NCBI GenBank assembly: GCA_951406725.2
Contig: OX597815.1
Span: forward strand, 10,912,001-10,976,000
DNA length: 64,000 nt
Reading direction: 5' to 3'
Origin: Octopus vulgaris
Lineage: Eukaryota
Part shown: positions 28,853 through 41,841 of the stretch, one piece after another
Numbering within the stretch: the first letter of the stretch is position 1
How the letters are laid out: the number at the start of each line of letters is the position of its first letter
Notes under the pieces: generated by a model
What the model saw: only the letters and a program-made list of their open reading frames with translations
Told to the model about the DNA's origin: nothing
Database searches by the model: none
Made by a program: the position numbers and the translations under genes

Positions 28853-28935
28853 ACCTCTGAAGAGAGTAGAGTTACATAATCGGACTGTTACCTGGCACTC
28901 CGTTGAACCCCTAATGCGAAACCTACCGGTAAGAT
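28853..28935 (+). ncRNA. Hammerhead-like motif with long stem II, downstream of a PLE endonuclease remnant
   Basis: ACCT CTGAAGA G...C GAAA CC-tacc-GG TA AGAT. Core intact; stem II irregular (GAGT/ACTC internal helix). Confidence 0.45.
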
Positions 28936-29274
28936 CGCCTGTAATGGATATATAATACTGTGCACATCAATTAATACATATATATTGTATTCTTTATGTC
29001 GCAATAATTAATAACATATTTATTTAATATTCTATTAATATTTATTTAATATAATAAACACTTCTATAGGAAGTAATCTTATTTTATAATACCTGAAGAA
29101 TTATTATATTCAACTACATATACAACCACTGAGGATCTCACTGGGTAATTAAAAGATAAAAATTACAGAAAAGACAATGAAATATCTTTATTCATTATAA
29201 TAAACTCTGATATAAGAATTAACCTTATTATATAATAGTTGAAAAGTTTTTATAATTAATAATAATAATATATA

Positions 29275-29552
29275 TATTTCTTTATTGCCCACAAGGGCTA
29301 AACATAGAGGGGACAAACAAGGACAGACAAAGGTATTAAGTCGATTACATCGACCCCAGTGCGAAACTGGTACTTTATTTATCGACACCGAAAGGATGAA
29401 AGGGCGCAGGAGTGGCTGTGTGGTAAGAAACTTGCTTCCCAACCTCATGATTCTGGGTTCAGTCACACTGCGTGGCACCTTGGACAAGTGTCTTCTTCTA
29501 TAAGCCTCGGGCCGACCAAAGCCTAGTGAGTGGTTTTGGTAGGCGGAAATTG
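29275..29552. mobile_element. Family C 3' fragment (-) fused back-to-back with a family A head (+)
   Basis: C body ends ...GAAAGGATGAAAGG and runs directly into GCGCAGGAGTGG at about 29403. Confidence 0.8.
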
Positions 29553-29829
29553 ATGAGTATTTAGCTGAATATCTATCCCTCATTGAGTGATTATTACATC
29601 AGAGGATCTGCTGGCTGGGAAACATATGTAGCCTGGATTTTACCTTGTCCACTCTCTCACTTTGGATTTTTATTCGCATTCATAGCAACTGAAGTTGCTA
29701 ACCGTGAGCTATAAAAACTTATTTTCAGCTTATCGAGCTTAGATACGGGAAAAGTCTAGAACGTTCACCGTTGTTTCTTTATACCTACCACGGACTGCTC
29801 GAAGCCTACAAACTTCCTACACTCCTTGG

Positions 29830-30056
29830 ATGAACTGGCAGAATCGTTAGCACGCCGGGCGAAATGCTTAGCGGTATTTCGTCTGTTGTTACGTTCTGAG
29901 TTCAAATTCCGCCGAGGTCGACTTTGCCTTTCATCCTTTCGGGGTCGATCAAATAAGTACTTGTTACGCACTGGGGTCGATATAATCGACTTAATCCGCC
30001 TGTCTGTCCTTGTTTCTCTCCTCTATGTTTAGCCCCCCTGTGGGCAATAAAGAAAA
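29830..30056 (+). mobile_element. SINE family C
   Basis: Matches family C monomer. Confidence 0.88.
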
Positions 30057-30089
30057 ATATAATTACATATCGATATAAATATACAAATA

Positions 30090-30336
<247 letters not shown>

Positions 30337-30781
30337 AAGTTTTAGTAGAGTGCGAGAGTGGGCGTTGAGTGGGAGAGAGTCTTAGAAGTCATTTGGAGGA
30401 CTTTAGCCACAAACGAATCCCAAAAGCGTCTTCCGCATCATATAAATAGCAACAGTGGTATATATACAATACTTATATCTAAGTTATCTTCCAATTGGTT
30501 TGTTCAGCGATAATCTATTATTTTCTCCGGATTATTGACCTTATGCTTAGAGTGCACGTTTACAATACTTATATCTAGAATATGTTTCAATGTCTTTGAT
30601 CTTCAAATGTCATTGTATGGATAACCAAGTGGAATAAGAAGTGCGTTATTAACCTTACTTTATAAAAATAAGTTCCTGATAGGAGACTACCATTTTCGGT
30701 CTTTGTATGTAGCGAAAAGTATTAACGATCGAACCGATCAGAAAAACAGTACAATTCTTAAATACGGCAAATATATTCCCT

Positions 30782-31188
30782 CTCTTTTACTCTCTTTTAC
30801 TTGTTTCAGTCATTTGAGTGCGGTCATGCTGGAGCACCGCCTTTAGTCGAGCAAATCGAACCCCGGGACTTATTCTTTTTGTAAGCCCAGTACTTATTCT
30901 ATCGGTCTCTTTTTGCCGAACCGCTAGGTGACGGGGACATAAACACACCAGCATCGGTTGTCAAGCAATGCTAAGGGAACAAACACAGACACACACACAT
31001 ACAAATATATATATATATACATATATACGACAGGCTTCTTTCAGTTTCCGTCTACCAAATCCACTCACAAGGCATTGGTCGGCCCGGGGCTATAGCAGAA
31101 GACACTTGCCCAAGATGCCACGCAGTGGGACTGAACCCGGAACCATGTGGTTAGTTAGCAAGCTACTTACCACACAGCCACTCCTGCT
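30782..31188 (-). mobile_element. SINE family A
   Basis: Reverse complement of family A. Confidence 0.9.
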
Positions 31189-31504
31189 CTAACAATTATA
31201 TTTTTGGTGACTAAGGTGGAAGAGAAGAGGCCATGGTCATTTCAAGGCCCAGAAGACTGGTGTGAGGAATGAAGGAAGTTAGTCTCGAAGTGGAAACCTG
31301 GCCCAAATGGATGCAAAAAAAAAGAAAAAAAAAAATTCCCCAGGGTATGATGGTAGTGGTAAACCGGGTGAGAGATAAAAGTCCACTACTCACGAACAGG
31401 GACAACGGAACCATCGGACTTCGACATAATTTTTGCTCAAAAGGTGTTGGTCAGTTAGAGATTATGGTAAAAACACACTTGTCTAAGGAGTAGCGCAGTG
31501 GCAC

Positions 31505-32487
31505 CGTCGTTCGTTCGTTCGTTCCTTCCTTGCTTCTCTTCCTTCCTTCCTTCTTTCCTTCTTTCCTTCTTCTCTTGCTTCCTTCCTTCTTTCCTTCCTT
31601 CCTTCTTTCCTTCTTTCCTGCCTGCCATCCTTCATTGCTTCTTTCCTTCTTCCTTCATTCCTTCCTTCCTTCCTTCCTTCCTTCCTTCCTTTCTTTCTCC
31701 CTTCCTTCCTTTCTTCCTTCCTTCCTTGCTTGCTTCCCTCCCTCCTTCTTTCCTTCCTCCCTTCCTTCCTTCCTCCCTCCCTCCCTCCTTCCTTCCTGGC
31801 TTCCTTCCCTCCCTCCTTCTTTCCTTTCCTTCCTTCCTTCCTTCCTTCCTTCCTTCCTTCCTTCCTTCCTCCCTCCCTCCTTCCTTCCTGGCTTCCTTCC
31901 CTCCCTCCTTCTTTCCTTGCTTGCTTCCCTCCCTCCTTCTTTCCTTCTTTCCTCCCTCCCTCCTTCCTTCCCTCCTTCCTTCCCTCCTTCCTTCCTTCCT
32001 TCCTTCCTTCCTTCCTTCCTTCCTTCCTTCCTTCCTTCCTTCCTTCCTCCCTCCCTCCCTCCCTCCTTCCTTCCTGGCTTCCTTCCCTCCCTCCTTCTTT
32101 CCTTGCTTGCTTCCCTCCCTCCCTTCCTTCCTTCTTTCCTCCCCCCTCCTTCCTTCCTGGCTTCCTTCCTTCCCTCCCTCCTTCCTTCCTTCCTTCCTTC
32201 CTTCCTTCCTTCCTTCCTTCCTTCCTTCCTTCCTTCCTTCCTTCCTTCCTTCCTCCCTCCCTCCTTCCTTCCTGGCTTCCTTCCCTCCCTCCTTCTTTCC
32301 TTGCTTGCTTCTCTCCCTCCTTCTTTCCTCCCTCCCTCCTTCCTTCCTGGCTTCTTTCCCTCCCTCCTTCTTTCCTTCCTTCCTTCCTTCCTTCCTTCCT
32401 TCCTTCCTTTTTTAATACCAATTCTGCGGATCTCTATGGAAAACAGTTGAAAATAGTGCATATATACATGCACACACACACACACAC

Positions 32488-32562
<75 letters not shown>

Positions 32563-32585
32563 TACACGCACGCACACACACACAT
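31505..32585. repeat. (CCTT)n polypyrimidine tract of about 900 bp plus (CA)n
   Basis: Direct inspection; CCTGGCTTCC and CCTTGCTTGCTT blocks recur. Confidence 0.97.
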
Positions 32586-32654
32586 TCTTCGCTTAAAGCA
32601 TATCGCAATTCAAACAATACAACCATTTGTTCACCAAGTGTCTCGATGTTCTTC

Positions 32655-32885
32655 TTTGACTCTTCAGCATTCTGATTACTCTGCCGAGTGTAATGCTTAT
32701 TGATTCACATTGTTCTGAATAAGTCATGTGTATCGTCTTGTAGTTTTAAGATTTTGATGATGTGATTGTACAGTTTTAGAGTGACATTGCAAGGTGGGTG
32801 TGAGAAGTCTGATCTGGTCAGTTTGAACATAAAACAGATAGAATGTTTAAGCCTGACGTAGCAGCTCTGAAAGCAAACGCGTTAA
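32655..32885. mobile_element. Decayed piggyBac-type MITE
   Basis: Ends TTGACTCTTCAGCATT and AAAGCAAACGCGTTAA resemble TTAA-CCCTTTAGCATT TIRs. Confidence 0.4.
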
Positions 32886-33121
32886 CCCGAGATCATCTCT
32901 GATCGAACAGCGGTTTCATTAATGGCCTTCCAAACCTTTCCCGTCTTTTCGTTTCTCGTATTTTGTATTTTGAAATACATTATCCAACATAGCTCTTATG
33001 ATATTTGTTATCAGCTACACTCTAAAGTTTGATTTAACTGTTATTTCTAGCATGTTGAACAACCGTATAGAGGTTTCTTCGTGTCTTGTAGTTGATGTTG
33101 GTATTATTGTTGCTACCACCA

Positions 33122-33355
33122 GGCGGCGAGCTGGCAGAAACGTTAGCAACACCGGGCGAATTGTTTAGCAGTATTTCGTCTGCCGCTACCTTCTGAGTTC
33201 AAATTCCGCCGAGGTCGACTTTGCCTTTCATCCTTTCGGGGTCGATAAATTAAGTACCAGTTACGCACTGAGGTTGATATAATCGACTTAATCTCTTTGT
33301 TTGTCCTTGTTTGTCCCCTCTATGTTTAGCCCCTTGTGGGTAGTAAAGAAATAGG
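33122..33355 (+). mobile_element. SINE family C with long TSD
   Basis: Flanked by the direct repeat GGTATTATTGTTGCTACCACCAGG. Confidence 0.9.
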
Positions 33356-33419
33356 TATTATTGTTGCTACCACCAGGTCAGCCTTAATTGAACAAACTTT
33401 TCCTTGAACAAAGATCAAA

Positions 33420-33833
33420 GGCACAGGAGTGGCAAGTAGTGTGGTAAGTAGCTTGCTTACCAACCACATGGTTCCGGGTTCAGTCCCACTGCGTGGCACC
33501 TTGTGCAAGTGTCTTCTACTATAGCCTCGGGCCGACCAAAGCCTTGTGAGTGGATTTGGTAGACGGAAACTGAAAGAAGCCCGTCGTATATATGTATATA
33601 TATATAAATGTGTATGTGTGTATATGTTTGTGTGTCTGTGTTTGTCCCCCCAACATCGCTTGACAACCGATGCTGGTGTGTTTACATCTCCGTAACTTAG
33701 CGGTTCGCCAAAAGAGTCCGATAGAATAAGTACTAGGCTTACAAAGAATAAGTCCTGGGGTCGATTTTCTCGACTAAAGGTGGTGCTCCAGCATGGCTGC
33801 AGTCAAATGACTGAAAAAGTAAAAGAGAAAGAG
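33420..33833 (+). mobile_element. SINE family A
   Basis: Matches family A. Confidence 0.9.
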
Positions 33834-34062
33834 ATGTTATGTATGTCGTACCCAAGTATTGTGTATCTAGGATATCCAGCCTTACCTTCTCTCTCTTAAG
33901 ACAGCGAGAAAAATGTTTTGAAAGCGATTTCACTTCCTTGCAGGTCGTATAACAATGTAGAAATGGTTTCATTCAACCTTGGTGCTTTTTCTGGTGCTAT
34001 TGTTCAAACTGCTGTTCTAATTATTGTTTCTGTAATTGCTGCTGTTTTTGCTGTAGATGTTT

Positions 34063-34446
34063 GTTCGTTTGTTTGTTTTTTGAGCGAAGCGGTCTTCGTC
34101 CCAGAGCTCGCAAGATCGCGCCTCAGGATTGTCTGTAGAAGTCTGAAACGTGGTCCTTTGCAATTCGTAAGACCCGCAGAGATGAGAAAGCAGGTCAACC
34201 CCCGACATCGAGAGCATCGACGGATGGATGAATGCGCATCCAGGCTCAGCGGTTGCGTAGGAAGTCGGGGACAGGAAACAGGAAGAAAGAGTGAGGAAGA
34301 AAGAGTACAACAGGGGTCGCCACCACCCCCTGCCGGAGCCTCGTGGAGCTTTAGGTGTTTTCGTTCAATAAACACACACAACGCCCGGTCTGGGAATCGA
34401 AACCGCGAGTCCGCTGCCCTAACTACTGGGCCATTGCACCTCCACT
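34063..34446 (-). mobile_element. SINE with family B head and a different 3' half ending (AAAC)n
   Basis: 34270-34446 matches family B, 34080-34270 does not; TSD TGCTGTAGATGTT. Confidence 0.82.
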
Positions 34447-34567
34447 CTGCTGTAGATGTTGCTACTATTGTTGCTGTTACTGTTGTGGCTGCAATTGCGG
34501 TCTTTACTGTTGTTCTTGATGTCGTTGCCATTGCTGTTGTTGTTACTACTGCTGCTACTACTGCAGT

Positions 34568-34760
34568 TATTGCCTCCGCCAAGGAAGGAGGTTATGTTTT
34601 CATCGGCGTTGGTTTGTCTGTCTGTCCCTCTGTCTGTCCCTCTGTGTGCAAAATAACTCAAAAAGTTGTGAACGGTATCTGATGAAACTTGCTGGAAAGG
34701 TTGGTAATGACACAAGGAACACAGGATGAACTTTTGGTAGTGATCTGGAAAGTTTTATGG
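34568..34760 (+). mobile_element. Helentron-associated (DINE/HINE-like) element fragment
   Basis: TTATTGCCTCCGCCAAGG..GGAGGTTATGTTTT subterminal inverted repeat followed by (GTCT)n, the typical HINE layout. Confidence 0.5.
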
Positions 34761-35459
34761 ATTCTTATAGGATTTTTCATTTGTTATATTTACTTTACAT
34801 GAAGTATTACAATGTCATGTTTTTTAAAGTCTTTCTCTGATTATCTCCCTTGAAAACACCTTCATGGTTTTCACGTAACCTACGGTGGCGTTGCTGTTTC
34901 CAAAGTTTTATTTTCGTCTCTCTATTAGTAATTTTACTCGCGTATCATCTTACTAGAAACTGGTGGATAAAGAGATCAAACCACGGCAGCGAAACAGTTC
35001 AGAAATTAAATGACACTAACCTATTCAAGGGTTGCTAAAAGCAACAGCAGAGGAGGAGGCGGTGGTAGCAACATCTGATGCTGGACCCTTGAGGGATGAT
35101 TGATAATATACTGACCACAGAGGGATGTATAGTAGGTAGGTAGGTTTAGTTTGGTAAGTAGACAGATACCTCTTTTAGAAGTAGCTTATATTGAAAACTG
35201 TTCATACTGACCTGAGTAGTAGTTGAAAACAACTGACAGTGGACTACATACACTCAGCTCCAGTTGTGTCTAAGGATAATCTTTTCTACTATAGACACAA
35301 GGCCTGAAATTAATCATTTTCTGAAACACTTTCACTTGCAGACACGATCACTGATACACCAGCACTTGTAGATGGAGCAGTAGATTTCTTTTTGAAAACA
35401 AGTTGAGAGTTATTTGCTTAAAAGAAGCTTTGTTTTACTCTCTATAAGTTTCTCAGTCA

Positions 35460-35830
35460 CAGCGGAGTGGCTGTGTGGTAAGTAGGTTGCTTACCAGCCA
35501 CATGGTTCCGGGTTCAGTCTACTATAGCCTCGGGCTGACCAATTCCTTGTGAGTGGATTTGGTAGACGGAAACTGAAAGAAGCCCGTCGTATATATGTAT
35601 ATATATATAAATGTGTGTGTATGTCTGTGTGTCTGTTTGTCCCCCCAACATAACTTGACAATCGATGCTAGTGTGTTTACGTCCCCGTAATGTAGCGGTT
35701 CGGCAAAAGAGACCGATAGAATAAGTACTAGGCTTACAAAGAATAAGTCCTGGGGGTCGATTTCCTCGACTAAAGGCGGTGCTCCAGCATGGCTGCAGTC
35801 AAATGACTGAAACAAGTAAAAGAGTAAGAG
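35460..35830 (+). mobile_element. SINE family A with internal deletion
   Basis: Matches family A but lacks the segment after the B-box. Confidence 0.88.
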
Positions 35831-36583
35831 TATCTAAAACTATCCTTTTGTATTCATGTTTAACCGTGAATCTGATTAACAAACTTTCACAAAATAAATC
35901 AGTGCAACCATTTCCCCATTACCTTGATGTGTCCTTTTCATGTTCCCGGTCCATTGTAATGCAATGGTTTCTGAACATGTTGAACCTTCACTACCGAATG
36001 CATTGCATACATTTTCCCATTGCTGTGCTGTCTCCTTTATCTTTTTCTTTGCTACTACAACAGTCTCCGGACATGTCTATCTGATGCCATCCCATCTTAA
36101 AACCATTTGTTTCACTCGGTGTCTCTCCTTTCATCGGTCATACTGGGCCTCAAATCTAGCGGCCACCTACATGTTCTGGTCCTTTTTATTATTAAGCTTT
36201 TCCCCGCAGATTTGAGCCCAGTGCCTAATTTTAAAGGAACAATTCTACCTGGCCTCATTGATATTGGGGGTCCTACTATGAAAGATATGGAGCACTCAAT
36301 ACATGGAGAGCACCACCTTCTAGCAAGCTTGTATGAAGAAGCTCTCTTTCAATATAGAAACTTGTTAAACATTAAAGGGTTCCTTTTTTGATAAATAACC
36401 ATAGATTTCTCCACGTTAACGACACCAATTTATCCAATTAAAAAAAACCGTCACTATCTAGTCCCAAAAGCAGCTTCGGTTTCCTTGGGAATTGTAGATG
36501 CTTTTGGGACAATGTCAGAGAAAAGGAAAATTACAAAACACTCCTGAAAATGTATGTTTGTATGTGTGTCTGTGTATACGTTT

Positions 36584-36654
<71 letters not shown>

Positions 36655-37207
36655 GGGCTGAGAGAGAGAGGGATAGAGAGAGAGTGAGAGGGACAGAGAG
36701 AGAGAGGGACTGAGAGAGAGAGAGTGAGAGAGAAAGAAAGAGCGAGTATCAATGAATTTAAAGCTAGAGATAAGGAAATTGATAGAAAGAAGTTATTGTC
36801 TTGTTCAAATTCCTTCTTTCAACGCATGAGTGAACAATGACCTTGGATCGACCACTTCCGATTAGAAGCACCCTCCCCCTCTCACACATGCACACATATA
36901 TTTGTCACTTCTAAACATCATCATTTCAGTGAGGTATTGAAATCTTTGGTCTTATTTTACGAAAGAACTAGTAAATAAGGAATATGTTCCAAAATTTAAA
37001 TTTTGAATTAAATTCAAATGGTAAACTTACATCTCTCAATAGCTAAATGCATTTCTGTGGGGGCTGGGGATTGGCTTTAGAATTATTGCATATATTTTCA
37101 AACGCTTTTCTTTCTTTCTTTCTTTCTTTTTTTCTTTCTTATTTTCAACACTTTTCATTAATTTGTCAAACACTTGAAATTAATACAAGAGAATGAAGCA
37201 AAATTTG

Positions 37208-38212
37208 TAACAGGGGCAAAATGAGTAATTACCGATTTCCCATTATTTACTCACTATTTGTTTGAAGTAATTACATTGGAAGTATGGCATCACCATTTTG
37301 TACTGGTGCCTCATTTTTGAGAGTAAAAATTGGTCGCCAGAGTTATTATTGAAGCCGAGAGTGTAACATAGGGAACAGATACATTTTTCAATGAATTTTG
37401 ATGGGGATGAGTTTTTTTTCTCAAATCTAATTCTAGAGAATTGAAGAGGGAAATCTACCTTGTCTTACTCATTCCCCTTTCAAAACTTGTCTCTCAAAGA
37501 GAACAGGATAATTTTCCCTCAGTTTTGACCCAATTGTAATTGTGGTTGTTAATAAAATAACTTGATAATTTTTGGTGTTTAACAATCAATACTCTTTTCG
37601 TTGTTGGGTTGTACATCTCCCACATTAATGTCCAAATTGATAATTTTCAATTTTCAAACAATGATGTCTAGATTGGGGCAAAATGAGTAATGACTAATTA
37701 AAAAAAATTTCTTCTCTTTAACTGCATGTTGCATAAATATATCAGGAAGAGAGCCATACCAGAAGAGCATGAAGAAGCTATAGAGAATATTTTATGTTAA
37801 GCTGTTTTGATTTGGTCGAGTTTTGTTAATTTCATATCTTGTACAATTTCTCCATCCTCCTCTTCTTGACCTTGATATTTATAATTTTTGCTGAATTTCT
37901 GGTCTTCTTGGTGTTTAAAAGTGGATTTTGATGTGCATGAGTTTTTCTTTCAAATCTAATTCTGGAGAATTGAAGAGGCAAATTTACTTTTTCTTGTCTT
38001 CTTCATTCCAAAATCTAAATTTGTCTCTCAAAGAGAACAGAATAATTTTCTGAAATAGAGTTTTGAATATGTTATAGTGTTTTTGATGCATTTACAAAAG
38101 GCCATTTGCTAAGCTGATGTAGTTTTTTTTTTAAAGTAGTGAACATTTGTAAAAATACATTTTTTCTCGAAGTCAAAAACGCTGTAAATATTACTCATTG
38201 CGTCACCCCTGC
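37208..38212. mobile_element. Old DNA-transposon remnant with TIR-like ends and internal direct repeat
   Basis: GGGGCAAAATGAGTAAT at about 37213 and 37675, inverted ATTACTCATTGCGTCACCCCTG at about 38190; 37395-37520 repeated at 37925-38050. Confidence 0.45.
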
Positions 38213-39007
38213 GGGAAACTGGTAAAGTAGACGTTCGGAATAACCGTTCCATATATGTTAGAATTTTTGTTAGAATGTTTTCTTTGTTTTCATAAATTAC
38301 AAAACAATGAAAAAAAAAAGAAGCTTTTTAAAACAAGAATTTTAAAAATCCATCTCTTTTAAATGTTTGTCTCTCCGTCACCACCCACAACACACTCATC
38401 ATGTTTTTGGAAGAGCAACATAATTTTCTCATAATTTTCTGTTATATTATCATATTCCACATTCTGAAACATTGGCAACTTGCATAAAAAAAAAATCTTA
38501 CCCCTTTCATAATGCCCTCAAAGAAAGACTAAAGGTTCATGTTGGAATGCCTTTGCTCATAAGTATGCTCAACCAGAGATATCCGGGGCACAACAGCAAT
38601 GACTGATCTGTGCCAACCCCTTCATCATACAATATTTCGATATAACAAGAATGTTGTGGGATGAAAATTAGAGTATTAAGGAAGTGATATCGTAATGTTG
38701 TCCCAATTTCATGTCGAAATAGCTTAGCTTCCTTTATACTAATTATACAAATAGGAAAGGCTTGAATAATACAAACTGTTCCTTCAAAAGAAATCGATGC
38801 AGAATAATATAACAAGAACATTAACTTTCAAAAGAATTTATTAAATATCGGTACAAAGATCACAAAATGCAAAATATAAACATATGTGTTTGTGACTGTG
38901 TATGTGCTAATGTATATATATATATATATAATATTAAGAATCAGTTGAATTAGGTACTTAATTTGAGGCACCAAGCCAGTTCGGTATAGTCCGCGCAGCT
39001 CGAAGTT

Positions 39008-39414
39008 ACTCTTTTACTCTTTTACTTGTTTCAGTCATTTGACTGTGCCTATGCTGGAGCACTGCCTTTAGTTGAGCAAATCGACCCCAGGACTTATTCT
39101 TTGTAAGCCTAGTACTTATTCTATCGGTCACTTTTGCCGAACCGCTAAGTTACGGGGACGTAAACACGCCAGCATCGGTTGTCAGGCGATGTTGGGTACA
39201 AACACAGACACACAAACATACACACACACACATACATATATATATTATACATATATACGACAGGCTTCTTTCAGTTTCCGTCTACCAAATCCACTCACAA
39301 GGCTTTGGTTGGCCCGAGACTATAGTAGAAGACACTTGCCCAAGGTGTCACGCTGTGGGACTGAACCATGTGGTTTGTAAGCAAGCTACTTGCCACACAG
39401 CCACTCCTACGCCT
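39008..39414 (-). mobile_element. SINE family A
   Basis: Reverse complement of family A. Confidence 0.88.
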
Positions 39415-39636
39415 ACGTTAGGTGAACAAAACGCAAATAAGTAACAAGAATGGCCAGGTACCAATGCATTATGGCCGTTTCAAGCGGCTCCATTTAATCG
39501 ATCAATGAAAACATTACACCAATTTGAAAGAAACCTCTCTCCTCAGATGTAGATGACTATATAGATTTCCAATATAAAGGACAAACCATTTTTAGTAAAT
39601 TTATATCAGTACTAGACACCAAAATAATTATATTGT

Positions 39637-39810
39637 ATATATACAAGAAAGTAATATTTCGAACTCAGTATCGCCGTTAAAACACGGGAGTGACTCCCAT
39701 AGTTGTTTGCTGATAACTTTTACCGCCTCGTAAAGGTAATAATAAATACCCAATTTTTGTGCTATTTTAACGGAGATACTGCGTTTGAAATACCACTTTC
39801 TTGTCTATAT
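39637..39810. repeat. Imperfect inverted repeat with ~50 bp arms
   Basis: ACAAGAAAGTAATATTTCGAACTCAGTATCGCCGTTAAAA versus TTTTAACGGAGATACTGCGTTTGAAATACCACTTTCTTGT. Confidence 0.65.
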
Positions 39811-39998
39811 CGTACGATACACATACGACAATTCTAAAAAACTAATGTATGTTCTTTTATTACATACATGTGGTTGTTATGTGTATGTATATATTGTTGT
39901 ATTTCGGGACGGTCATTTTGTTTTTGCCAAATAAACACACGCTCTGTATATTTGTTCTTCACTCGTTTATTACTATTTTTATTCTAATTCTTGTCCGT

Positions 39999-40043
39999 TG
40001 TCCGGAAATCTTTCGTCACACATCTGTGACCTCTTCAGCGACA
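39999..40043 (-). ncRNA. Minimal type I hammerhead in the PLE 3' pseudo-LTR (C3-G8 core)
   Basis: Minus strand reads TGTCG CTGAAGA G GTCACA-gatg-TGTGAC GAAA GATT TC CGGACA, downstream of a PLE ORF on the same strand. Confidence 0.8.
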
Positions 40044-41796
40044 CTTTTCGCCTTCGTGTATGCTCTTGCTCCACTTATTTCATTCTGTTCTTCTATGGTG
40101 TATATCCTTATGTGCGCATGCGTTTGCGTGTGTGTTTGTGTGTGCGTGTGTGTTTGTGTATGTATATGCATGTGTGTGTGTGCATGCTTGTGTGTGTGTG
40201 TGTAATTGTTCTTAGTAGCAGTATGACCTTTCCCTCAGTTCCATCCTCTTGGTACAGTTCCTGTATCCCTCTGTGTTTGTGTGTTCACCCTCGGCGCTGT
40301 CATCGTGGTAGTAGTTGTTGTTATTGCCATCGTTGTCACGCCGCTGCCGCTGTCGTTGTCAGTCGTGTTGTTGATACTGTTGCGGTCATCTGTGAAATTA
40401 CTGTGTGTGCGTGTGCGCGCGCGCGCGCGTGTATATGGGTTCGCTTCTTATGTTGTTTGTATCCATGACCTTTATATAAATGTATTTATTTATTTTTATT
40501 TATCTCTCTCTATTTCTTATATGTATCACAGGTATGTACATATATGTCTATTGTGTGTGTATTACCCTCTTTGTGTTTTATTTATTATTGTTATTTTCCC
40601 CTCTCTCTTCTGCTCCCTTTTGTCTTTAGTCATGTGGTGTGGTGATTGGGGTTATTGTTCCATTAGTATTTTCTATCGAGGCTCGCTCTATCTACTGCTA
40701 TGTGTGTAGCCTCTGTGATCTGCCTAAGTGCCGTGTCACTTCTATGCGTCGATAATACTTTACTATCTATGCTATTAATCGGGCCTCCATGTTCTGCTTG
40801 AGCGTGTTGGTAGAGCACTGACAAGCCTTTCTTTTCGTGGAGCTCTCGCCAGTATTCACCTATACTCTCCCCTGTGCTGCGTGCAGTCTCTCCAATGTAA
40901 GTGGTTGTCATGTTTCTGCATCATCCCTCAGTACATCGTAAGCTATACACGATATTCCTAACCTTACAGTTAACCCATGGGTTCATAATACATACAACAC
41001 AATTGTTCTCCGATCAGGGATTTTATAGGAGCGCCAGGCCTTTCTACTACCTTAATCCATAGATTAGTCTTAATGTTTTCCTAATAATGTATGCTAGTTT
41101 GCCGCCAGGGATAGCATCAACGAACATGACACTCTGGTCTTTTTTGTAGTCATACCAAGAGTTGACCGTATCTATCTTATTTCTGGTCCTTTCTGTGCTG
41201 TTCTATGATTCACTCCTGTACAGCGGGCAGATCCGTTTAGCATCACTCTCTATGATAGCTTTGTACTTAGTCCTGGCTCCTTTGTATACTCTAATCCTGT
41301 ACTTTTGGTTGTAGCCAGAGAACTGCATGCGGTGGATGAAGTGTTGTGTCTTTCCAATTTCATAGGGTCGCACATGCCAGACACATTCCTCATCGCTCTC
41401 ACCAAGTCAGTTATAAGAATGTTGAACTTGGCGTTGTCCGCAATAGCTGTGTTTTTGTGAACAAGGTATTTAAAGGCCGTGGGTTTGGCATAATGAGAGT
41501 GAAGGATCTGGACCTTACCGTTCTTCGTTTCTAGCCAGAGTACTGAGTCTAAAACGGGTAATCTATAGTCTGGGTGCTTACTGGGGTAGTCTATCGTTAT
41601 TTAAATACTCAGATAGATGGAGTTAGCTATTTGCTGGATGCTCTCCGCAGTGTTAGCTTATAGATCATCAACATTGTCATGTAGGATTGCTTTGGCTACT
41701 ATGTTGATATCATCCACGTAGTAGGAGTTCATGGTTACATTCATGGAGTTCACTGCTAATTTCTCTTTGAGTCTCCTATCCGACCATACCATAAAG

Positions 41797-41841
41797 TATC
41801 GCCGAAGAGGTCACAGATGTGTGACGAAAGATTTCCGGACA
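41797..41841 (+). ncRNA. Second, inverted copy of the PLE hammerhead with a U4C core change
   Basis: TATCG CCGAAGA G GTCACA-gatg-TGTGAC GAAA GATTTC CGGACA; lies in the inverted repeat of 39891-40048. Confidence 0.7.

Noticed and set aside
31483-32626. KEGR/PSFL ORFs of about 300 aa
   Set aside because: (CCTT)n repeat translation.
33918-34682. 254 aa ORF
   Set aside because: Composed of a SINE, GTT-rich low complexity and a HINE-like element.
35860-36480. Possible Tc1-like transposase remnant on the minus strand
   Set aside because: Only vague motifs; cannot be supported without a search.
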